Shown one piece after another: positions 30,960 through 39,147 of a stretch of 52,008 nt of DNA. The DNA is from Fimbriimonadia bacterium (lineage in GTDB: Bacteria; Armatimonadota; Fimbriimonadia; Fimbriimonadales; JABRVX01): NCBI GenBank assembly GCA_041483895.1, contig JBGPGO010000022.1, positions 1 to 52,008 of the forward strand, given 5' to 3'. The notes beneath the pieces are model-generated. The model was not told the DNA's origin. It searched no databases and saw only the letters and a program-made list of their open reading frames with translations. Within the stretch, counting starts at the first letter, position 1. Each line of letters starts with the position of its first letter. The translations under genes and the position numbers were made by a program.

Positions 30960-30986
30960 CTCGTAACGCTGCCTTCCAGGCGGCAT
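30960..30986 (+). repeat. REP-like family D copy, exact 27-bp direct repeat of 30352-30378
   Basis: CTCGTAACGCTGCCTTCCAGGCGGCAT. Confidence 0.85.
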
Positions 30987-31039
30987 TGATCCAGTCACAT
31001 CAGAGTCTGGCAAGTCAAGCAATGGTTTTGCCGCCGCGT

Positions 31040-31075
31040 ATAGGTCGTATAGGTCCAATAAGTCTTATAAGCCCA
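31040..31075 (+). repeat. 9-bp tandem repeat family B, array 1
   Basis: ATAGGTCGT ATAGGTCCA ATAAGTCTT ATAAGCCCA. Confidence 0.85.
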
Positions 31076-31082
31076 TGTACGG

Positions 31083-31865
31083 TTACCCCGTCCGATACCG
31101 CAAGAACAGTTCCCCTTCCTCTTCATATACGGTCATAAGCTGCATCCGTGGCAGGTGGGCTGGGTCGAATGGCTCCGTCGCGACGATTGTAGGGCCGTCC
31201 CCACCGCGCAGCTTCGGCGCCAGGGTCAGGAACAGCTCGTCCACCAAGCCCTCCCGAAACAACTGCCCGTTCAAATGCGCCCCGCCCTCCACCAGCAACG
31301 TCTGAACGCCCCGCTCTTGACGGAGCCACTTCAGCGCTGCGGGCAAATCGGCTTCCACGACGGTCACACCCTCCGGCAAGCCGAGCCCCGACCCGAACAC
31401 CACCACATTCTCCGGATCCTCAGTGAAAAACGAAGACTCCACGGGCAGGTTACCGCTTGCGGAGATGACGCACCGCAAGACCCCTTCCGGATACCGGGAC
31501 TTTGGGTCCGCCCGCAGGGTCGAAGCCCCAATCAGCGCGGCGTTCACCTGCCGCCGAATCCGGTGCATCAGCTCCCGATCCCGCTCGCTTCCCAACCCCC
31601 GCGCGTTCCCATCGTTCACGGTCCGCCCGTCCAGCGGACTGACCATGTTGACGATTACATTCGGGCGCGAGGCAGGTGTGAGACCGGTTCCCATCCGCGA
31701 CTCGGTCGGGAGACCGGTCGCATCGCCGCTCTCTATGATGCGACCGGTCTCCCGACCGAGTCGCACGTCCGAATCGGTCTCCCGACCATCAAAGCGAAGC
31801 TCCTCATAGGGCGTCGGTCCCGCATGGCCGGTATTGTCAAGAAGAAGCCGCAAAGTAACCCTCAC
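31083..31865 (-). CDS. RibD C-terminal (dihydrofolate reductase-like) domain protein with a repeat-derived insertion
   Basis: RPNVIVNMVSPLDG, LIGASTLRAD, LLVEGGAHLN..GLVDELFLTLAP. Confidence 0.85.
   Translation of the reverse strand: MRVTLRLLLDNTGHAGPTPYEELRFDGRETDSDVRLGRETGRIIESGDATGLPTESRMGTGLTPASRPNVIVNMVSPLDGRTVNDGNARGLGSERDRELMHRIRRQVNAALIGASTLRADPKSRYPEGVLRCVISASGNLPVESSFFTEDPENVVVFGSGLGLPEGVTVVEADLPAALKWLRQERGVQTLLVEGGAHLNGQLFREGLVDELFLTLAPKLRGGDGPTIVATEPFDPAHLPRMQLMTVYEEEGELFLRYRTG
31697..31787. repeat. Family A inverted doublet plus a partial copy inside the RibD-C coding sequence
   Basis: 31697-31724 and 31737-31764 are perfect 28-bp inverted repeats with a 12-nt spacer; partial copy at 31775-31787. 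Confidence 0.85.
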
Positions 31866-31876
31866 ACTCCCCCGGC

Positions 31877-31907
31877 TGCGACTCGGTCAGGAGTCCGGTC
31901 GCATCCC
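31877..31907 (-). repeat. REP-like family A copy
   Basis: TGCGACTCGGTCAGGAGTCCGGTCGCATCCC is the reverse complement of the family A consensus. Confidence 0.8.
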
Positions 31908-31924
31908 CACAGGTTTCACCGGGT

Positions 31925-31960
31925 ATAGGTCGTATTGGTCGTATATGTCCTATAGGGCCC
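31925..31960 (+). repeat. 9-bp tandem repeat family B, array 2
   Basis: ATAGGTCGT ATTGGTCGT ATATGTCCT ATAGGGCCC. Confidence 0.85.
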
Positions 31961-32010
31961 ATCGAGTCTAGTCAAGCAAGCAATGGATTGGAACGGTACC
32001 GAAGCAGCGT

Positions 32011-32019
32011 GTGTATAAT
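32011..32019 (+). promoter_or_regulatory. -10 box for a probably leaderless arc transcript
   Basis: TATAAT ends 5 nt before ATG 32025; no Shine-Dalgarno. Confidence 0.55.
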
Positions 32020-32024
32020 CAAGT

Positions 32025-33800
32025 ATGGCTGAGAATTGGTCGAAAGAGGGACCGGACGAGGGAGGCACGCCGCCGTCGTATGGCAACGAGGCGCTGGAGC
32101 TCCTGGAAGAACTGCTGAAGATCGCCCCGCGGGACAACCAGCGGCTCATGACCTACCTGACGCACCTGAAACGCCAGCTCCAGATGGACGGAGAGGATCG
32201 GGAGAAGGCCCGCCAGGCGCTGGCCGAGTTCGAGGAGGCCTACGAAAAGCTCACCTCACCCGCCAACCGCATCTGCACCTATCTGGGGGACAAAGAGGAC
32301 CTCGCCTACATCGCATCCGGTGACACCGAGTTCATCGCGAACCTGGACCCGAAGGGCGAGCTGGACAATATCAAGCCCGGCGCGAAGGTCAGGGTGAACG
32401 ATGCCTACACGATTTTGGAGGACCTCGGCGCGCATCTGGGCGGCCAAGTGGTCAAGGTGTCGGAAGTCTACGACGACAGCCGCTTGCGCGTCTCTATGGA
32501 CGCACAGGGCACGAGCGGGCGAGTCGTCCAACGCGGCCACGCCCTTAAAAAGAAGAAAATCGTTGTTGGGGATGAGGTGCGCATGGACCCGACCTTCCGC
32601 CTGGCCCTGGAGCACTATCCACACGAGGAGGTCCGGGACTACTATCTGGAAGAGGTCCCCGAACTGCCGTGGAGCAAGGTGGGCGGGCAGGAAGACGCCA
32701 TCCGCCTCATCAAAGACACGATCGAATATCCGTTGCTGCACCCTGAAATCTATAAGAAGTTCGACAAGAAGCCAATCAAAGGGATTCTGCTCTTCGGCCC
32801 TCCCGGCTGCGGCAAGACGCTCATCGGCAAAGCGACGGCCTACAACCTGACTCAGGAATACTCCAAGCTGAAGGGTTCGCAGGTCGAGGAGTACTTCATG
32901 TACATCAGCGGCCCCAAAATCCTGAACATGTGGCTTGGCGAGACCGAGCGCATGGTGCGGGAGATTTTCACCATCGCGCGGGAGAAGGCAAAAGAGGGTC
33001 GCCTTGTCTTTATTTTCATAGACGAATGCGAATCGATCCTGCGCACCCGCAGTTCCGGCAGGTGGCTGAACATCTCGAACACGGTGGTCCCGCAGTTCTG
33101 CGCGGAGATGGACGGGCTGGTGGCGTTGGAGAACGTGGTGGTGATGCTCACGTCCAACCGTCCGGACTATATAGACCCCGCGGTGCTGCGGCCGGAGCGC
33201 ATAGATCGGAAAGTGAAGATCGGCCGGCCGGACAAGGCGGCGAGCCGGGACATCCTGCGCATCTATCTGCACGACAACATCCCGGTGACCACGATGGCGC
33301 ACGACGAGATGGCCGAGCAAGCAACGGAATTCCTGTGGCGCAAGGCGCCGGAGACGCAGTTCCTGACCGTCTACCTTCGCAATGGGGGCCGGGAGGTTCT
33401 GCATTGGTCCGACCTGGTTTCCGGCGCGCTGCTGAAATCAGCGGTGGATAGGGCGAAGGATTATGCGATTCGAAGGGCGATCGACGCAACAAATATCGGA
33501 CCGATCGGTCCGACGGGCCAATCGCATAAGGAGGGCCGCATAGGTCGTATAGGTCGTATAGGTCCTATAAGTCCTATGGGTCCAGCGCAAGAACCCCCGG
33601 CAGGTGATGGTCCTATCGGCGTCACGTTGGAAGACCTCACCAACGCCATCCGCGCTGAATATGCGGAGAACGAGATCTTCCCAAAGACGGATTCGCAGGA
33701 GGACTGGCTAAAGCTCCTCGACACCAACGCGGAAGACGTGGCGAGCGTGAAGTCCATCCGGGATTCTGGGAAGGATCCGTTGCGCGGGCAGATTGTATAA
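32025..33800 (+). CDS. arc: Proteasome-associated AAA ATPase (ARC/Mpa family)
   Basis: N-terminal coiled coil plus OB-like domains, LEEVP, GPPGCGKTLIGKA, GPKILNMWLGETER, IFIDECES, VPQFCAEMDG, RPERIDRKVKI, VSGALLKSAVDRAK. Confidence 0.88.
   Translation: MAENWSKEGPDEGGTPPSYGNEALELLEELLKIAPRDNQRLMTYLTHLKRQLQMDGEDREKARQALAEFEEAYEKLTSPANRICTYLGDKEDLAYIASGDTEFIANLDPKGELDNIKPGAKVRVNDAYTILEDLGAHLGGQVVKVSEVYDDSRLRVSMDAQGTSGRVVQRGHALKKKKIVVGDEVRMDPTFRLALEHYPHEEVRDYYLEEVPELPWSKVGGQEDAIRLIKDTIEYPLLHPEIYKKFDKKPIKGILLFGPPGCGKTLIGKATAYNLTQEYSKLKGSQVEEYFMYISGPKILNMWLGETERMVREIFTIAREKAKEGRLVFIFIDECESILRTRSSGRWLNISNTVVPQFCAEMDGLVALENVVVMLTSNRPDYIDPAVLRPERIDRKVKIGRPDKAASRDILRIYLHDNIPVTTMAHDEMAEQATEFLWRKAPETQFLTVYLRNGGREVLHWSDLVSGALLKSAVDRAKDYAIRRAIDATNIGPIGPTGQSHKEGRIGRIGRIGPISPMGPAQEPPAGDGPIGVTLEDLTNAIRAEYAENEIFPKTDSQEDWLKLLDTNAEDVASVKSIRDSGKDPLRGQIV
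33495..33584 (+). repeat. 9-bp tandem repeat family B, in frame within arc
   Basis: ATAGGTCGT x2, ATAGGTCCT, ATAAGTCCT, ATGGGTCCA (33540-33584) encode IGRIGRIGPISPMGP; related units at 33495-33521. Confidence 0.85.
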
Positions 33801-33811
33801 CCGGCAAACAT

Positions 33812-33865
33812 ATAGGTCCTATATGTCCGATCCGTCCGAACTGTCCGAACCGTCCGACCCGCCCG
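33812..33865 (+). repeat. 9-bp tandem repeat family B, array 4
   Basis: ATAGGTCCT ATATGTCCG ATCCGTCCG AACTGTCCG AACCGTCCG ACCCGCCCG. Confidence 0.85.
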
Positions 33866-33893
33866 ACCAACCAGGTGCCATAATCACCTTCGA

Positions 33894-36182
33894 ATGAGCA
33901 CAAAGCCAGTATCCGCAAAGAGAAAGAAGCCGATGACGCCCGGGAGGCGGAAGGCACGCACCGTCTGGTCGCTGATCAAGGCGGTCGTCCTTCTGGGCCT
34001 GCTCCTGTTCTCCGTCTACTTCGGCGTTCTGCTCTATAGGGCCAACGACACGGTGGAGAACATGTCCACCATCATGAGTCAGGCGGCCTCCAAGCCCACC
34101 GTCATCTGGAGCGCCGACGGTGTCAAACTCGCCGAATTCCGCGCCAACATGCAAGAACCCGCGACCCTGGCGGAAATCCCCAAGAACATGGAGAACGCCA
34201 CCATCGCCGCCGAGGACAAGCGGTTCTGGCAGCATTCCGGCATCGACCCCATCGGCATTGCTCGCGCCGGATGGACCAGCCTCACCGGTGGCCAGCTGCA
34301 GGGCGGCAGCACCCTGGCCCAGCAGCTCGCCAAGCGCCTCTTCACCAGCCAGGAGCGGACTGTCAGCCGCAAAGTGCAGGATATGGCGCTCGCGATCCAG
34401 CTGGAGCGCAAGCTGACGAAAGAACAGATTTTGGAGCTGTACCTGAACCAGGTCTATTACGGCTCCGGCGCGTACGGGGTGAAGGCCGCGGCCAGGGTCT
34501 ATTTCGGCAAATCCCTGGAGAAGGTGACGCTCGGCGAGTGCGCCCTCCTCGCCCGCCTTCCCCGCCGCCCATCCGCTGAGAACCCGTTCGTGGATCGCAA
34601 AGCGGCAATAAGGAATCGGGATACAGTCCTGGGCCTCATGCTCGATCAGGAGCTGATCACCAAGACGGAATATGATAATGCGAAAGCCGAGAAGGTGCGC
34701 CTCGCGGAGCGCCGAGCGGTGGCGCAAGGAGATTGGAAGGCCCCGTACGCGGTGTCCGAGGCCGTTCGCGAATTGCGAGGGATATTGGACTCTGACCAGG
34801 TGTACGAGGGCGGATACAAGATAGAACTGACCCTCGACTATCGAATGCAGAAGGCCGCCGAAGACGCCCTGGATCGGGTTATACGGGCCTCGCGCGGTCG
34901 GGGGGTCACGGACGGCGCGGCGTATCTGATGGACCTGCAAGGCCGGACTCTCGTTCTCATCGGGGGGTCCGACTTTCAGCGCGATCAGTTCAACATGATC
35001 ACGCAAGGTCTGCGCCAGCCGGGGTCGTCGTTCAAGCCGCTCATGTACTCGATCGCTTTCGAGCTCGGCGAGCTGACTCCGAATTCCATCGTTTACGACA
35101 CACGCCACACCTACGGCGGCCTTGGAATGCAGCCCTACACGCCGGACGACTCGGACGGCAAGTACATGGGGCATATTACGGTACGGACGGCGCTCAAGCT
35201 GTCCCGCAACGCCGCCGCCGTGTACGCGAACGACAAGGTCGGTCCCGGCCGCGTAGCGCAAGAGATTCAGTCGCGGTTCGGCTTCTCCAACAAAATTCGT
35301 CCGGTGCTCTCGCTGCCGCTCGGCGCGACGGAGGTCCGGCCCATCGAAATGGCATCGGCATTTTCCGTATTTGCCACCGGCGGCAATCGGGTTCAACCGT
35401 ATCTGGTCGCGCGAGTGACGGGGCCGGATGGGACGGTGCTGCACAAGGGCGCGCCGATCATCCGCCGGGAAGTTCTGTCGCGCGACACCGCAGACGCCAT
35501 CGATTCGATTCTTCGCGACGCGGTGCGCAGCGGAACGGGCAGAGCGGCGGCAAGGGTTCCCAACGCACATGGCAAGACCGGCACCACGTCGCTGCACAAG
35601 GACGCATGGTTCGTCGGCTACGCCGGCAACTATGTGGGGCTGGCTTGGGTTGGCAACCCGGTCTTTGACGCCGGCTCGAAACGATGGGTCTATCGTCCCA
35701 TGCACCACGTTTTTGGCGGCGCCGTCCCGATTCTGATTTGGCGCGACATGATGCTGGAGATCGCGAAGCTGCCGGGCGTCGACCTGGAGCAGAGGACAAT
35801 GGACGCTCCGCAAGAGACATCCACGGGCGTGACGGTCAGAGTCTGTTTGGACAGCGGACAACTAGCGACCAGCGCCTGTGCGCATACGGAACGCCAGCGG
35901 TTCGTTCCGGGCACCCAGCCGACTGCCTACTGCCCGCTGCACGTGCCAGACAACGCCGGACCGAATGGGACCGGAAAGTCGCCGGACAATGCCGTTATTG
36001 TCCAACCGCATGAAGAGATCGATTCGCCGGAAGCCTCGACATCAAATGTCGACGACATGGTGACCATCTACATCTGCGCCGATTCGGGACTGCCGGCCAA
36101 CCCATATTGCCCGGAGGCGGTGCCGCGGTCGTTCAAGAAGGGCAAAGTGCCACGCGGGGTCTGCCGTAAGCACGGGCCATGA
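33894..36182 (+). CDS. Class A penicillin-binding protein (PBP1A family)
   Basis: EDKRFWQHSG, GGSTLAQQL, RKVQD, YLNQVYYG; SSFK, SRN, KTG motifs. Confidence 0.93.
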   Translation: MSTKPVSAKRKKPMTPGRRKARTVWSLIKAVVLLGLLLFSVYFGVLLYRANDTVENMSTIMSQAASKPTVIWSADGVKLAEFRANMQEPATLAEIPKNMENATIAAEDKRFWQHSGIDPIGIARAGWTSLTGGQLQGGSTLAQQLAKRLFTSQERTVSRKVQDMALAIQLERKLTKEQILELYLNQVYYGSGAYGVKAAARVYFGKSLEKVTLGECALLARLPRRPSAENPFVDRKAAIRNRDTVLGLMLDQELITKTEYDNAKAEKVRLAERRAVAQGDWKAPYAVSEAVRELRGILDSDQVYEGGYKIELTLDYRMQKAAEDALDRVIRASRGRGVTDGAAYLMDLQGRTLVLIGGSDFQRDQFNMITQGLRQPGSSFKPLMYSIAFELGELTPNSIVYDTRHTYGGLGMQPYTPDDSDGKYMGHITVRTALKLSRNAAAVYANDKVGPGRVAQEIQSRFGFSNKIRPVLSLPLGATEVRPIEMASAFSVFATGGNRVQPYLVARVTGPDGTVLHKGAPIIRREVLSRDTADAIDSILRDAVRSGTGRAAARVPNAHGKTGTTSLHKDAWFVGYAGNYVGLAWVGNPVFDAGSKRWVYRPMHHVFGGAVPILIWRDMMLEIAKLPGVDLEQRTMDAPQETSTGVTVRVCLDSGQLATSACAHTERQRFVPGTQPTAYCPLHVPDNAGPNGTGKSPDNAVIVQPHEEIDSPEASTSNVDDMVTIYICADSGLPANPYCPEAVPRSFKKGKVPRGVCRKHGP

Positions 36183-38011
36183 CGGAATCCTCGCGTAGCC
36201 AGGCCCGCGAGATCGCTCTCTTGTGTCTCGTCGCAGTATCACTTCTCGTAATTTTGGGCCGCATGTGGTATCTCCAGGTGGCAATCGGCGACGACATCAA
36301 GCAGCAGGCGGAACGGACGCGAACGAAAACCGTTCGTCAGATGCCGCTGCGTGGACGCATCTATGATCGGCGCGGAGAACTGATCGCGACGGTCGTGCCG
36401 GAAGATGTCGTGGCAATGGTCCCCAACGAAGTCAAAGGACATCCGGAGGTGTTGCGGTTCGTTTCGGAAATTCTTGATCTCCCCGTGGAGCGAATTCAAA
36501 AGATTTTTGCGAACGCCCCGTCAAAAGACCTGCCGACGCCGATATTCGTGGGAGTGACGCCCGAGCAGGTGGTGCGGCTGTCGGAAGAACGGTACCGGTA
36601 CCCCGGCCTGCGGATTTCGGAGCAGCCGATTCGGTACTACAAATATGGGGACACGTTCAGCCATGCGGTCGGATATGTCGGACCAACATCGGAGGCGGAC
36701 GTAAAGCAGTTTACCGGCGAACAGTTCGACCGTTCGGACTTTGTCGGCAAGGTTGGGATCGAGCGGGAGCATGAGCTGCTCTTGCACGGCTATCCGGGGG
36801 TCGAGGCCATCGAAATCAACGCGCGAGGAAAAATGATTGGTGAGGGTTTGGTGACCGACAAATCCCCGACATCCGGTGATTCGCTGACTTTATCTCTGGA
36901 CGTAAAGCTGCAGCGGACGGCGTTGGATCTCTTGAAGGGTCGGCGTGGCGCGGTTGTCGCCCTGGATCCCGCGACCGGCGAGATTTTGGCATTGGCGGCC
37001 TCGCCCAGCTATGACGCAAACCTGTTCGCGAAGCGCATCCTACCCGACGATTGGGCCTCCCTGCGCGACGATCCCGCCCAACCCTTGCTCAATCGCGCCC
37101 TGCAATCCGCCTATCCACCCGGATCGCCATTCAAGCTGGTCACGGCAATCGCCGGGTTCGAGAGCGGGACGCTGAGCACCGGCGCGACGAACACCTGCAC
37201 CGGGGGAGTGCGGGTCGGGAATCGCGTTTTCAAGTGCCATCGCACGCACGGGTTTGTCGACTTCACGCATGCCATATCGCTTTCTTGCGATTCGTTTTTC
37301 TATCAGGTCGGCATACGGGCGGGCAAGGATGCATTGGTGAAAGCCGCCCTCGATTGCGGTTTTGGAGCTAGGAGCGGCATCGATCTGCCCAGCGAACGGA
37401 TCGGCGTCGTCCCCACCGACGAATGGCTGAAGAAGCGGAAGTTCCGGTGGGTGGGCGGGGACGCCGCGAACAGCGCAATCGGCCAGGGATACCTGATCGC
37501 GACACCCCTCCAAATGGCGGATCTTGCCGCGCTGATTGCCAATCACGGGACGATCTACCGACCGCATCTACTTCGGTCCGCGAAGGATATGGCGAGCGGT
37601 AAGACGACCTTCCAGGGAAGACGAGAGGCGATCCGAACCGTCCCGCTGCAATCCTATCAATGGGACGCCCTAAGTCGCGGAATGGTGCAGTGCATCGAAG
37701 CCGGCACCGCCACAAGAAACGCCTATATTCCCGGCCTTCGCTGGGCGGGCAAGACCGGTTCCGCCGAGCATGGATCGAAGAGCAACCGCACCCACGCCTG
37801 GTTCATCGGCTACGCGCCCGCCGATCATCCCAAGATCGCGGTGGCGGTGCTGGTGGAGCAGGCGGGCCACGGTGGGGATGTCGCCGCGCCCATCGCCAAG
37901 GAGATTGTCAAGAGCTATCTGATGCGACCGGCCTCGCCGTCAGCAAAATTGCCCGCGTCGGATCCCCGGCCTTCAGCGGCCGGCCGGCGGGAACTCGCAT
38001 CAGCGCGGTAG
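36179..38011 (+). CDS. mrdA: Penicillin-binding protein 2
   Basis: RGRIYDRRG, PLLNRALQSAYPPGSPFK, SCD, KTG. Confidence 0.9.
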   Translation: MTESSRSQAREIALLCLVAVSLLVILGRMWYLQVAIGDDIKQQAERTRTKTVRQMPLRGRIYDRRGELIATVVPEDVVAMVPNEVKGHPEVLRFVSEILDLPVERIQKIFANAPSKDLPTPIFVGVTPEQVVRLSEERYRYPGLRISEQPIRYYKYGDTFSHAVGYVGPTSEADVKQFTGEQFDRSDFVGKVGIEREHELLLHGYPGVEAIEINARGKMIGEGLVTDKSPTSGDSLTLSLDVKLQRTALDLLKGRRGAVVALDPATGEILALAASPSYDANLFAKRILPDDWASLRDDPAQPLLNRALQSAYPPGSPFKLVTAIAGFESGTLSTGATNTCTGGVRVGNRVFKCHRTHGFVDFTHAISLSCDSFFYQVGIRAGKDALVKAALDCGFGARSGIDLPSERIGVVPTDEWLKKRKFRWVGGDAANSAIGQGYLIATPLQMADLAALIANHGTIYRPHLLRSAKDMASGKTTFQGRREAIRTVPLQSYQWDALSRGMVQCIEAGTATRNAYIPGLRWAGKTGSAEHGSKSNRTHAWFIGYAPADHPKIAVAVLVEQAGHGGDVAAPIAKEIVKSYLMRPASPSAKLPASDPRPSAAGRRELASAR

Positions 38012-39098
38012 CGAATGCCAAAGACCGCTGACCATGCGAACCCTGCAGCCCCTCCGGCCTTGCGACCAGATTTTCGTCCAAGATGACACGCAGCCATTCC
38101 TCGCGCTTGCCTCCCTGGTATTCCCGATCCGTCGTCACCGGGATCAGCGACGGTAGACAGTCCCGAAATCCCATCAGCCTTCTCAGCGCAGGGCGGACGA
38201 ACAGCTCGAACGTCACCAGGACCGCGCCCGGATTGCCGGGCAGGCCCAACAGCCATTTGTTGTGGATGCGGGCGAACAGGATCGGCTTCCCCGGCTTGAC
38301 TGCCACGCGCCAAAAGATGATCTCCCCATCCTGCTCGGCGACCTGCCGGACGAAATCTCTATCGCCGACCGAGACGCCACCGGCGGTGACAATCAGGTCC
38401 ACGTCGATATCTCGCAGGGCGTCGCGAGTGGCCTGCAAGTCATCATCAAGTTTGCCCGACGCCATTGGTTGGATGCCATTCGACGCTAACAGTCCCATGA
38501 GCAGATGGCCGTTGCTGTCCCGAATCCCGCCGGGCGGCGGAATGATGGATGGGTCATACAGTTCATCGCCGGTAGTGAACCATCCGATCCGAGGTCGCAT
38601 TCCAACGAGCGGGTTGGTCAGCCCGACGGCCGCCAACAGTCCTAGAACCGCCGGCGTGATGTCGCTGCCCAACTCGATAAGCAAATCGCCTCCGCGATAG
38701 TCTTCGCCTCGCCGGCGAATGTGCTGCCCTTTATGCACATGTGTCGTTGCCGTAATCTGCTGCTCGACCACCTGGCAATCCTCCTGCATGATCACTGCAT
38801 CTGTGCTCTCTGGAATTGGCGCGCCTGTGAAAATTCGTACCGCCTCGCCTTCTCCCAACGCCGCAGTAGCGGCGTCGCCGGCCGCCGCCGTGCCAACAAT
38901 TCGAAAATGAACTGAATCCGCTCTGAAACGCACCGCGTAACCGTCCACAGCGGAATTGTCGAAGAAAGGATAGTCCCGATCGGCCAGCACATCTTGCGCC
39001 AGCGCCCGGCCAAGGCAGTCGCCAAGAGGCGTGTGTTCCGCGCTAAGGGGTTCGATCGCTTTCAGCAATATCAACTGGGCTTCGCTTACAGACAGCAT
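37908..39098 (-). CDS. moeA: Molybdopterin molybdenumtransferase
   Basis: FDNSAVDGYA, IFTGAPIP, TGDEL, GGVSVGDRD, VKPGKP, GLPGNP. Confidence 0.93.
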   Translation of the reverse strand: MLSVSEAQLILLKAIEPLSAEHTPLGDCLGRALAQDVLADRDYPFFDNSAVDGYAVRFRADSVHFRIVGTAAAGDAATAALGEGEAVRIFTGAPIPESTDAVIMQEDCQVVEQQITATTHVHKGQHIRRRGEDYRGGDLLIELGSDITPAVLGLLAAVGLTNPLVGMRPRIGWFTTGDELYDPSIIPPPGGIRDSNGHLLMGLLASNGIQPMASGKLDDDLQATRDALRDIDVDLIVTAGGVSVGDRDFVRQVAEQDGEIIFWRVAVKPGKPILFARIHNKWLLGLPGNPGAVLVTFELFVRPALRRLMGFRDCLPSLIPVTTDREYQGGKREEWLRVILDENLVARPEGLQGSHGQRSLAFATALMRVPAGRPLKAGDPTRAILLTARPVASDSS

Positions 39099-39147
39099 CA
39101 ACCAGGATTTTGGCACGGAACGCAGAATCGATCGCATGGAGGTGAAA

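Noticed and set aside
33490..33618. Intein in the ARC ATPase
   Set aside because: Too short, and lacks the C/S start and HN end; explained by the DNA repeat.
31040..33865. Repeats as a possible CRISPR array
   Set aside because: No regular repeat-spacer periodicity and no cas genes; units are 9-bp tandem repeats or dispersed palindromes.
33819..35861. 680-aa minus-strand ORF
   Set aside because: Antisense shadow of PBP1A in GC-rich DNA; no recognisable motifs.
39110..39125. TTGGCACG upstream of DUF4838 as a sigma-54 promoter
   Set aside because: The GC is not 10 nt from the GG.
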